Source: Epithemia pelagica (taxonomy: Eukaryota > Protista > Bacillariophyta). From it: a DNA stretch of 64,000 bases. A program made the translations under genes and the position numbers. This document shows, in pieces, positions 23,156 to 32,884 of the stretch (position 1 is the first letter of the stretch; each line of letters opens with the position of its first letter). Below the pieces are notes generated by a model. That model searched no databases and was not told where the DNA came from. It saw only the letters and a program-made list of their open reading frames with translations. The stretch spans positions 3,596,001-3,660,000 of the forward strand of contig OX337231.1 of NCBI GenBank assembly GCA_946965045.2, read 5' to 3'.

Positions 23156-25186
23156 TTATTCTTTCTTGTGCAGGTGTGGTTGTTCTGGAGCTTTGGTTTT
23201 GTTCGGCAGTGTGTGTTGTTGTTGCTGCATCTTCTTTTTCAGGTTGCCTCGTCCAATATGGTGGACAAAGTCGATTTGATTCAACAGTTCTATCCGTTCG
23301 GGTGTCAATCGTGCTGTTTTGGTGCCTCTTCTCGCTGCAGTAGTAGTGCTGGTTGCGGAGTCCTTTCGTGACGACACGTATCGTTTGTAGGCCTTGCGTT
23401 GCATGGCCACCCATTCGCCCAAGGGTGGATTGTCGGGATACACGTGAGGGACCAAACAATGCCCATGGGTGGCATGATAGTCGACCAATTCTTGATACCG
23501 TTTGTGCCAAGCAGCTTCCAAGGGATTCCACTCAAAGCCAGGTACTTGTTCCAGCAAGCGAATCCGTTCTGGTGTAATGGGACGAATCACCGCCACGTTC
23601 TTGGTCGGGAGGATGGTCGTCGTCGCCGCCGTCGTCGCGCCATGGTTGTCGTCCTCTTGTTGATGCTGTTGATGATAGGCCCGACGTTGATTGTTCAACC
23701 ATTCGGATAAACTGCTCCCTTCGGGGATTTTCACATGACCATTCTGTTGGACAAAGGCCACGAGTTGTTGATAGTGTTGCTTCCAGGCGGTCTCATGAGG
23801 ATCCCAATCAAAGCCAATCGAATTCAATCGCTGCATCCGATCGAGTGTCAAGACGGGTCCCGAGATGGAAGGCTGTTTCTTGTTCTTGTTGTTGTGGCTG
23901 GCCTCGGTCTCTACAGTCTCCGACGAATGCTGTGATTGTTGTTGTTGTTGCTGTTGATAGTTGATGTAGGCCTGGCGTTGGGTTGCGACCCACGGTGCCA
24001 AAACTGGATACTCCTTGGATCGAATGGGGACTCGACAATGACCATGTTCCTTTTGATAGGCTACCAATTCTAGAAACTTGAGGTTCCATCGAGCATCCAA
24101 GACATTGATTTCAAAGTCCAATCGTTCTAACAAACGAACACGTCGTTTGGTCAAGGCGGCAGTCTTCCATCGACCACGACCACCCGGTTGTTGTTGTCGT
24201 TTGCCCAATTTGTAATTTCGAAAGGACTGACGTTCAATCTTGACCCACTTTCCCAATTCTGGATTGTCGGCATAGGTAGGAGGCACCAAACAATGTCCAT
24301 GTTTGTGATAGTAATCTACCAATTCAATGTATCGTTCAAACCATTGGTTAAAGACACGCCAGGAAATCTTCAGATGGTCCAACTTTTCTTGACGTTCCAA
24401 CGTCATGGTCGTTTGGGGGTTTCCTTCTTTCCAATGGCAAAATTCTCTACGTTGCTGCTGAAGCCACGTTTTGAGAGTGGGATGGTCCTTCCAAATGGCC
24501 TCGAGATCGATCAATTCGTTTTCTGCTTTTTCTTGTTGCTTGACACACTCGGCCAGTTTTTCATATTGACGACTCCATTCTGTCGTATTCTTCTTCTCCT
24601 TGTGGTTCCCAACGTTTTGGGTGTTGTTGTTGTCGTCGTCGTTGGATGCATGGTTGGGTTCCGCATCGAACGTAGTAGTATCAGTGTTGTTGTTGGTTGC
24701 TGTTGCTGCTGGGAGGGACGAAACGTGCCGTGTCGTAGCAGGAGTACCAGAAAAGGATGGGGATGAAAATGGCTGCTGCAACCAATCACAACAACAACTC
24801 AAGTGTTGCCTCCTCTCAAACGACGACAATAGTGGTGGTGGCTGTTGCAACTGCCAACCATTTCTTGTCAACAACCGAGTCCAAGAAGAAGAAAAGGAAG
24901 AAGAAGAAGAAGATCGTTTCGAGCGAGTATCATGAGCATTCTTCAAGAAGGTGGTTGTTTGCGGCAGAGCACTGAAAGATAGAGTAGAAGTAGAAGTACA
25001 GAAGTAAACGTTTCTGCTTGTCGTTGTCGTCACAGCGAAACTACTTCTTTGTTGTGTGGCCCACCACCTCAAGAATGTCGTCAACGACCCGCGGTGATGT
25101 TGTTCGTCGTGGTGTGAACCGAGCCATTGCCGCCGTCGTGGATTCACTGCTGTGCCAAGAAGCTTATTGTTATGATGGAATCTCAT
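23156..25186 (-). CDS. Stand-alone helicase-associated (HA, PF03457-like) repeat protein HA1, five repeats, long Arg/Ser-rich N-terminal leader
   Basis: Repeats such as WFERYIELVDYYHKHGHCLVPPTYADNPELGKWVKIER, WNLKFLELVAYQKEHGHCRVP and WHKRYQELVDYHATHGHCLVP, each followed by an LT.ER..LL...F.W type helix. No helicase motifs. ATG 25186 (MRFHH) is the likely start. Confidence 0.9.
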   Translation of the reverse strand: MRFHHNNKLLGTAVNPRRRQWLGSHHDEQHHRGSLTTFLRWWATQQRSSFAVTTTTSRNVYFCTSTSTLSFSALPQTTTFLKNAHDTRSKRSSSSSSFSSSWTRLLTRNGWQLQQPPPLLSSFERRQHLSCCCDWLQQPFSSPSFSGTPATTRHVSSLPAATATNNNTDTTTFDAEPNHASNDDDNNNTQNVGNHKEKKNTTEWSRQYEKLAECVKQQEKAENELIDLEAIWKDHPTLKTWLQQQRREFCHWKEGNPQTTMTLERQEKLDHLKISWRVFNQWFERYIELVDYYHKHGHCLVPPTYADNPELGKWVKIERQSFRNYKLGKRQQQPGGRGRWKTAALTKRRVRLLERLDFEINVLDARWNLKFLELVAYQKEHGHCRVPIRSKEYPVLAPWVATQRQAYINYQQQQQQQSQHSSETVETEASHNNKNKKQPSISGPVLTLDRMQRLNSIGFDWDPHETAWKQHYQQLVAFVQQNGHVKIPEGSSLSEWLNNQRRAYHQQHQQEDDNHGATTAATTTILPTKNVAVIRPITPERIRLLEQVPGFEWNPLEAAWHKRYQELVDYHATHGHCLVPHVYPDNPPLGEWVAMQRKAYKRYVSSRKDSATSTTTAARRGTKTARLTPERIELLNQIDFVHHIGRGNLKKKMQQQQHTLPNKTKAPEQPHLHKKE

Positions 25187-25459
25187 TTTGGTTCCGATGC
25201 TCTTTTTCTCTCTCGCTCTTTTGGACACGAAAGACGAACATGGACCCGGCTCGTTTTCAAGGAGAGAAAGTGTCCAACCTTCACAGGAAAGCGGCATGGA
25301 TCAACCGCAAGAAGTGTGGTCGTGCAACATAATATTATATGCCAGACTGCGAATTTACAGCAAGCAATCTATCCGCGACTCCGATGGGGTTTCAGCAACT
25401 CTAACCCTATTGTCTTTGTTATGCTTGTGGTTTTCTGTTGTTTTGTTCGTCTTTTGTGA

Positions 25460-25620
25460 AGATGCCAAAGATATCATCGCTTTGGGCGTCGAAAGAAGAC
25501 AGGATCGTCTATCAGTATACAAGCTAGATGCCGAAAGCCCTCTTTTGTCTTGGGAAAACGGTCTCGATTCATGATGGGTTCCATCAATTGTGGGTGTGGT
25601 GGTTGTTGTTGGTGCTGGGC
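25460..25620 (+). pseudogene. 5' fragment of the coiled-coil (CC) gene with the start codon mutated
   Basis: GCCGAAAGCCCTCTTTTGTC-TTG-GGAAAACGGTCTCGATTCATGATGGGTTCCATC matches the CC1/CC2 start, with TTG at 25550 where they have ATG. The sequence then jumps into the block found downstream of X4. Confidence 0.8.
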
Positions 25621-26311
25621 CTGGAGAGGGTTTGGTCCTCGTGTGTTGATAGACACCTCTGTAGCTAGCAGATACGTGTGAAATGAACGATCCAATGGCG
25701 GCCGCCAGGAAGCATGGAATGGTTCTATGGCTATCACTCTAGTTTACCGTTTCACCACTGTCTGGCAATCTTCGATTCGATTGCAGCCTCGTATTAGTTG
25801 TAGTCCATCTCGCGCTCTGGTACGTTCACGACGATTCATTCGCCCAGTAAGAAGGAACTTGGTAGCCCCGGAATGAATGTGAGAAAAAGGCCACGCCTGG
25901 TAGCCTGTCCCTTCTCACAGTCCTGAGGTTCCGAAACTCATTGCCCTCCAAAGGCTCTTCCCATCGGTTGTCGACAGTCATATGCATTCCTGAATGATGC
26001 AAACCATTGACTTGTGCGCGGTGCTCTTGTACTCGTATGCTCTTCACAAAATCGAGAACCAAACAACGACCAAGTTCTTGCAACCATTGAATGGTGGGTC
26101 TCATTGCAAGCATATTCTGACCTTGTCCCCTTTCCGGCATCGCGAATGTTTATGGATTGGAGGTCCGTCACTTTTTTGACAGCGGGTGCTATTTGTTTCA
26201 TCCTCCACCCATGTTTGCGCATCCTCCACCCATGTTTATGCGTTCGGATCCACCAACCACTATGGAACCACAACTGAACTCGCTGGTATTGTCGTATTGG
26301 TTCAAGGAGTC

Positions 26312-28288
26312 CTATTCTTTTTCTTCTCCTTCTTCTTTCTTGTACAGACAAGGCTGCTCTGGAGCTTTTGTTTTCTCCGGTGGTGCTTGTTGTTGTTGTT
26401 GCTTCTTTTTTCTCATGTTGTCTCGTCCAGTTTGGTGGAAAAAGTCGATTTGATTCAACAGTTCGATCCGTTCGGGTGTCAATCGTGCCGTTCTGGGCCC
26501 TTCTCTTGCTGCAGCAGAAGAGGTAGTGGTTGGGGATACGTCCTTTCGTGATGACACATGATGTTTGTAGGCCCTGCGTTGATCGTACACCCACAACCCA
26601 AAGGGTGGATTGTCGGGATACACGTGAGGGACCAAACAATGCCCATGGGTGGCATGATAGTCGACCAATTCTTGATACCGTTTCTGCCAAGCAGTTTCCA
26701 AGGGATTCCACTCAAAGCCCGGAACTTGTTCCAACAAGCGAATCCGTTCCGGTGTAATGAAAGGACCCTTTACCACGTTCTTCGTGGAGCCATGCTTCTC
26801 GTCCTCTTCTTGTTGTTGCTGATGCTGTCGTTGATGATAGGCGTGGCGTTGCTTGTACAGCCACATGGCTAAACTACTGGTAATGCCCTCTTTGGGGATT
26901 TTCACATGACCATGCCGTTTGGCAAAAGCCACGAGTTGTTGATAGTGTTGCTGCCAGGCGGTCTCCAAAGGATCCCAATCAAAGCCAATCGAATTCAATC
27001 GTTGCATCCGATCGGGTGTCAAGACGGTTCCCGAGTTTAAAGACTTCCTTTTGTTCTTGTTTTTGTTGCTGGCCTCGGTCTTCACAGTCGACAAATGCTG
27101 TGATTGTTGTTGTTGTTGATAGTTCATGTAGACTTTACGTTGGGTTTTGACCCACTCTGCCAAGACGGGATACTCCTTGGATCGATCGGGGACCCGACAA
27201 TGACCATGGTGTTTTTGATAGGCTACCAATTCTCGAAACTTGAGGTTCCATCGAGCATCCAAGACATTTATTTCAAAGTCCAATCGATCAAACAAACGAA
27301 CACGTCGTTTGGTCAAGGCAGTCCATCGACGACGACCACTACCCGGCTGTTGTTGTCGTTTGCCCAATTTGTAATTTCGAAAGGACTGTCGTTGCATTTT
27401 GACCCACTTTCCCAGTTCCGGATTGTCTTCATAGGTAGGAGGCACCAAACAATGCCCATGTTTGTGATGGTAGTCTACCAATTCAATGTATCGATCAAAC
27501 CATTGGTTAAAGACACGCCAGGGAATCTTGAAATGATCCAACTTTTCTTGACGTTCCAACGTCATGGTCGTTTGGGGGTTTCCTTCTTTCCAAAGGCAAA
27601 AGTCTCTACGTTGTTGCTGGAGCCACGTTTTGAGAGTGGGATGGTCCTTACAAATGGCCTCGAGATCGACTGATTCATTTTCTTGTTGTTTTCCTTGTTG
27701 TTGCTTGACGCACTCGGCCAGTTTCTGGTACAGACGATTCCATTCGTCCTGGTGGTTCTCGTTGTTGTTTTTCTGACCAGTGTCGTCGTCCTTGAATTCG
27801 AGGTCGTCCTTTTTTCTTGTGGATTCATCCGCATGGAACAAGACCTTGTCTGTGTCATGGTTTGTCATTCTTTGTACGGAGGATGAGGAGAAGCAGTGTC
27901 TTGTTGTCGTCCGATGATACAAGACTGGAGATGGACGTGAGTGTCGCCCATGCCAACCAAACAAAAAGAAGGGGGGAGGAGGAGTGCTTCTTGGAAACAG
28001 CGACGACGACGGCAGTCGCTGTGACTGCCAACCGTTCCATAACAAACGGATCCATAAGAAGGACGAGGATGGGTTCGAGAAGAGAGGAGTGACTGTCTCT
28101 TTCCAGGTGATTTTTCTCGTAGCGCTTGTCGTAGTAGTACTATTGGTACAGGATCTTACGAATATGTCGTCGTTTCTGCCTGTTTTTACGAGGCTCCTTC
28201 TTTTGTTTGTTGTGGTCCTCCACAAGAACAAGAAGGTTCGTAGTACTTGTCGTTTTTGTGGATCGAACCAAAGCAATTGCCGACTCAT
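26312..28288 (-). CDS. Stand-alone HA-repeat protein HA2, five repeats, mitochondrial-type leader
   Basis: Close paralog of HA1 (e.g. KDHPTLKTWLQQQRR, WFDRYIELVDYHHKHGHCLVPPTYEDNPELGKWV). The leader ends TTRHCFSSSSV. ATG 28288 (MSRQLLWFDPQ) or 28309. Confidence 0.9.
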   Translation of the reverse strand: MSRQLLWFDPQKRQVLRTFLFLWRTTTNKRRSLVKTGRNDDIFVRSCTNSTTTTSATRKITWKETVTPLFSNPSSSFLWIRLLWNGWQSQRLPSSSLFPRSTPPPPFFLFGWHGRHSRPSPVLYHRTTTRHCFSSSSVQRMTNHDTDKVLFHADESTRKKDDLEFKDDDTGQKNNNENHQDEWNRLYQKLAECVKQQQGKQQENESVDLEAICKDHPTLKTWLQQQRRDFCLWKEGNPQTTMTLERQEKLDHFKIPWRVFNQWFDRYIELVDYHHKHGHCLVPPTYEDNPELGKWVKMQRQSFRNYKLGKRQQQPGSGRRRWTALTKRRVRLFDRLDFEINVLDARWNLKFRELVAYQKHHGHCRVPDRSKEYPVLAEWVKTQRKVYMNYQQQQQSQHLSTVKTEASNKNKNKRKSLNSGTVLTPDRMQRLNSIGFDWDPLETAWQQHYQQLVAFAKRHGHVKIPKEGITSSLAMWLYKQRHAYHQRQHQQQQEEDEKHGSTKNVVKGPFITPERIRLLEQVPGFEWNPLETAWQKRYQELVDYHATHGHCLVPHVYPDNPPFGLWVYDQRRAYKHHVSSRKDVSPTTTSSAAAREGPRTARLTPERIELLNQIDFFHQTGRDNMRKKKQQQQQAPPEKTKAPEQPCLYKKEEGEEKE

Positions 28289-28699
28289 TCTGCTCCACAT
28301 GCACCTCATTCTTCCAACGATCTGTCTCTGTCTCTCTGTCTGTCTCTGTCTCTCTTTGTCTCTTTTGTTGCCACGCGTTCTCGGACCTTTTTCGTTCTTT
28401 GGAAGGAGAGTCTATCCCGACAACAACAACAAGAGAAAACAAAAAAGATACCGACTGAACCCTCTAAAACGCAAATCAAATAGCTATCGCTGATAGATCG
28501 CTTTTAATGTAAACTACTCCTAGGAGTACTATGGGACGTGAATAGACAAGATGATAGCAAGCATAGTTGGATCGCGGTCAATCTTCAGTCATGCTTTTGT
28601 CATCTTTCGTCTCTTCTTTGTGGTCGAGTTTTGGGACAAAGATACAAACGAGAGATCGTTGGGTGTCAAGAGAAGACAGGCCGAAAGCCCTCTTTTATC

Positions 28700-29801
28700 A
28701 TGGGACGACGGTCTCGATTCATGATGACTTCCATCAGTTGGATGTGGTGGTTGCTAATGCTGGAAACAGGGACCATTCTGCAGACATGTCATTCCTTGTT
28801 GTCGCCGCTCCACCCCTCGAACGTGGTGGTTCGATCCTCCATCTTTGACGGAACGACGGGTCGTTCATTGTTCCCTTCTAGCAGCACGCCCCGTAAACTG
28901 ACTCACGATCATCAAAATCCCTCCGAGGACCTCGATGCGTCTTCTTCTTCGCTCTGGCCGGCCAAGACACGCATTTTGCAAGACATGGTACAAACCCTGC
29001 AGCACGAACGTGACGCATTGCGACATCGATTGCACCAGCTTCAACAACAACCACCAACCGACAATAACGGCCATGACGAGGAGGTTCCCAACTCGACAGG
29101 GACCGACTGGCAAGACGCCTATTACCAACAATGGTTGTCGAAACCGTCCACAAAAGTGGCCTGGGACGCCCACATTCGAGAGGCGCAATCCCAATGGGAA
29201 ACCCAACATGTTCGACCCCTCCAACAAGATTGCGCACCTCCAACAACAACAACAACAACAAGCACTACTTCTCGTCCACAGCACCACGAACCAAACCAAA
29301 ACCACGGACAGTAGTACGAATACTACCATGGGATTGGTAAAGAGTTCGACGCTTCTTGTGGCACAACAACAACTACTACAACAAGAGGAATGGCGTTTGG
29401 AACGTAAAACCTTGGAACACGAGTGTCTGGAATTGCAGCGTCAACTGGACCAGGCCACAGCCCAAATTGCCGCAGCCTCGGCCTCTCGTACCACCACAGC
29501 AAACCAAGAGTTCAGTGACACGCAACAACAACAACACTGGCAGGAGCGGTTGAGAGAACAGCAACAAGAATATACGCAAACTTGGCAAGCTCGTCGCGTC
29601 CAAGTGTCGGAAGCCAAACAAATTGCCAAGGCCGCTGTCCGGACGGCACAATCACGAGCCCATGAAGCGGTATCGACCTGGCATGCTGCCCAACAGGAAT
29701 TGTTTCAACAAAAACAAGAATTGCAACACTTGCAACAAGACGAATGGCAAGAACAAGAACAACAAAATGACAATGAGGATGACAAGGAACAAGAACCGTG
29801 A
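28700..29801 (+). pseudogene. Frameshifted copy CC2 of the coiled-coil gene
   Basis: ATG 28700 (MGRRSRFMM...CHSLLSP). Relative to CC1 it lacks 23 nt at 29229/29230, which splits it into ORFs 28538-29314 and 28935-29801. Confidence 0.8.
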
Positions 29802-30039
29802 CGAGCAGGAGAGCTGTCTGGTGGTAACACCAGGATATAATAGAGGCCAACAAGGTTGTTTTTGCACACACCATGGATTGGTCCACTCTAGCACGTATAC
29901 GAAAAAACACTGGGAGACACATTGGATTGCTTTCTTTTCCCCAATCTAATTATGGGCTTCCCCAGCGAACGAAAAGTTTCGGGAAAGCGTTGTCGGTTGC
30001 CGTGTTCATTCAAGAAAGAGCGGAAGAGAGAGAGAGAGA

Positions 30040-31085
30040 GAGAGCATTGGAAAAATCAGATTCAGCAAGCTTGGCAAAATGAATTGACCATTGCTCTTGT
30101 TTGATCCACAACAACAACAACTACAACAATTATTTTTTTCTTGTGGAGGTGGTGGAGGATGACGACCCCAAGAAAAGGAGCCAAAGCATGAAAAATCAAG
30201 TGTGGAAGAACAAGAAGACTGTCACTCCTCTCTGCTCGACCCCACCGTACTACTGCTCTGACCACCACAACGCGTGGTATGGAACAACGAGCCTGTTTGG
30301 AACGACAACGACGACGGAACGTGACCTTACTAAATGTAGTGACAACATGCTGTCAATGGTGGAGGCAACGACAACCACCACCATCACTGCAGACCAAAAA
30401 CGACCAACCACCACCAAAATTCACGACGACGACGGTTGTTGGATGCGTCGGATTACATCGTGATCCATGAGGGCGGTCCGATTGGCACAATTGGAACCGC
30501 AACGAGATTACGAACGGACCTATGGAACCAAGCAACAACAACTCGATCCGTACCTCGGGATCTTCTTCTTCTTCTTCTTCTTCTTCTTCTTTCAGGACCA
30601 ACACCACGAAGACGATAACGTCTCCTCACAAGCAACAGCAGCAAGAGCATCTTATTCCCTCCATTTCATGGGTTCCTATTATTTCACGATGGATGGCGAC
30701 ATGTTAGAGCATGGATTGTCTCTCAAGAACAACAACAAGAACACGGTGAATAGGAGGATCGCTTGGAAACACACCACCAAGGATTGTTGCAACCTTCTTC
30801 ATGATGAGAAAGATATACATGATGATGATAATGAGGAGGCGGAGGAGCTTCCCATTCGTTCCATTTTATGGGGTCTTGTCACTGGCAGTACGCTTTGTTG
30901 GAGCATGGATTGTCTCCCAACAACAACGACACGATAGACAGGAGGAACACAAGGAAAGACACGACCAAGGATTGGCGCTACGTTTTCCTCGTCATGAGAG
31001 AGAGAATCGCGATAATGATGATATTCAGGAGGAGGAGGATTCGTTGGATCGTTTGTGTCGGCACAAACGACCACGTTGCATCTAA
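30040..31085 (+). pseudogene. Chimeric pseudogene: inverted HA-gene 5' end fused to the 3' half of a family X gene
   Basis: About 30075-30200 matches the HA2/HA3 start on the opposite strand. From about 30265 it follows X4 (RGMEQRACLERQRRR...RDYERTY...RHKRPRCI) with a frameshift, a TGG>TGA stop at 30461 and a duplicated C-terminal segment. Confidence 0.8.
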
Positions 31086-31344
31086 TAGAATGAGGAAAAA
31101 CACAACAACAGACTGGAACACATGGCATGTTCCTCTTTATTTGTTTCCAAAGGCTCCAGAACCAAAGAAGAAAACACAGCAGAGGCCCCTACGTTTTCGA
31201 GAATCGCTAGTGTCCAAAACACAACAATAGGAAATGACGCATCCATGGCGGATAGCCTCGAGAGGATTTGGTCCTCGAGTGTTGATAGAGACATCTACGG
31301 TATAGCTAGTAGGAACTGTGTACCTAACGATCCAATGGTGGTCG

Positions 31345-32015
31345 ACAGAGGTTCATCACTTTATTGACAGTGGGTGCTGTTTGTTCGTTCCATCCTCCCA
31401 AAAAAAATACAAAAAATCCCAGAAAAATAACATGTCGGTTGTCGGTTGCCGATTCGGTTTCTGCTTGTTGTTGTTGTTGTTGCTTTACGCACTTGGTTAG
31501 TTTCTTGTACAAACGATTCCATTCGTCCTGGTGGTGATTGGAGTCGTTGGTTCGCACGATTTTTTTCGGACCGGTGTCGTCGTCCTTCTTTCTTATGGAT
31601 TCTTTGGCATCGAGCAAACCCTGTTTGTGTCATGGTTTGTCATTCTTCTTACGGAGGATGAGGAGAAGCATTGTCTTCCCATGCCAACCAAAAAAGAAGG
31701 GGGAGAAGTGCTTCTTGGAAACAACGACGACAACAGTCGGTGCGACTGCCAGCCATTCCACAACAAACGGATCCACAAGAAGGAGGATGGTGAATTCGAG
31801 AAGAAAGGAATGACAGTCATCTTCTTCCAGGTGATTCTTGTTGTATTCGCGCTTGTCATATTACTATTGGTACAGGATCCGACGAATGCCTCGTTGCTGC
31901 CTGTTGTCGCGAGGCTCCTTCTATTGTTTGCTGTGGTCGTCCTCTTCCTCCACAAGAACCAGAAGGACCGTATTAGTTGTTGTTGTGGATCGAACCAAAG
32001 CAATTATCGATTCAT
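31345..32015 (-). pseudogene. Truncated HA-repeat pseudogene HA3
   Basis: ATG 32015, codon 4 TAA where HA2 has CAA, one frameshift. The sequence stops after EWNRLYKKLTKCVKQQ and joins the HA 3'-flank (CACCCACTGTCAATAAAGTGATGAACCTC). Confidence 0.85.
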
Positions 32016-32884
32016 TCTGCTCTATACTTGCACCTCATTCTTCCAACACTCTCTCTCCTTTGTTGCCACGCCTTCTTTCGTTCTATTATAGAAGGAGAGT
32101 CCATCCATTCACATTCCTCACAGGGGGAAAAGCGGCACCACCGACAACAAACAAAACACAAAAGGAAGAAATAAAAAAGATACCCTCGAAACATGACTGA
32201 ACCCTCTAAAACGGGAATCAAATAGGTGTCGTTGATACAAGAAGGATAGATCGCTTCTAATCACATAGGAGTAGCAAAAGCCTAACTATGTGATAGTCAC
32301 CGCTCAAGAACAAAACAAACCGATGGTGGAACAAGGGTGTGGAAGAAACGGTAGAACCATTACGGACCTCTCTCTATAAGTATCCGTATTTCCAAATCTG
32401 CCCCAAACGAGAGAATGTGGTCCATGGGCACGGACAAAAGGCGTTTGAGACAGCATATACTGGAGTATATTTTTTGCGTTGTTCTGGAAAGCCAAATCAT
32501 CATCAAGAGAGAGAAAACTCGAAGTGCCAACGCATTCCTGGAGTATAGGAACAAATAAGATTCACAGGAACGAAAGAGGGTTTGGCGGTTACAACGAGCT
32601 AGACCAGAAAAAGACACTGTATAAGAAAGGATAATGGCGTGTGGTTTGCAATGATACTTCCACAACGAGAATCCAGTTGTTCCAGCTGCTTATCGTGAAT
32701 CCTATACAGCAGTACCATGCTGTATTTTACAGGTTTGTCTGTTTGTCCCTCCATCCATGCAGTGGTTCTTCCCTCTGGCCCTTTTGCATGAGTCTGATAT
32801 ATTGTACGACTGACCGATCCACAGTGAGAAGCATACATGAGCGAACCACACAAGGAACATACTTGTGTTCTCTCATGGCGGTAA

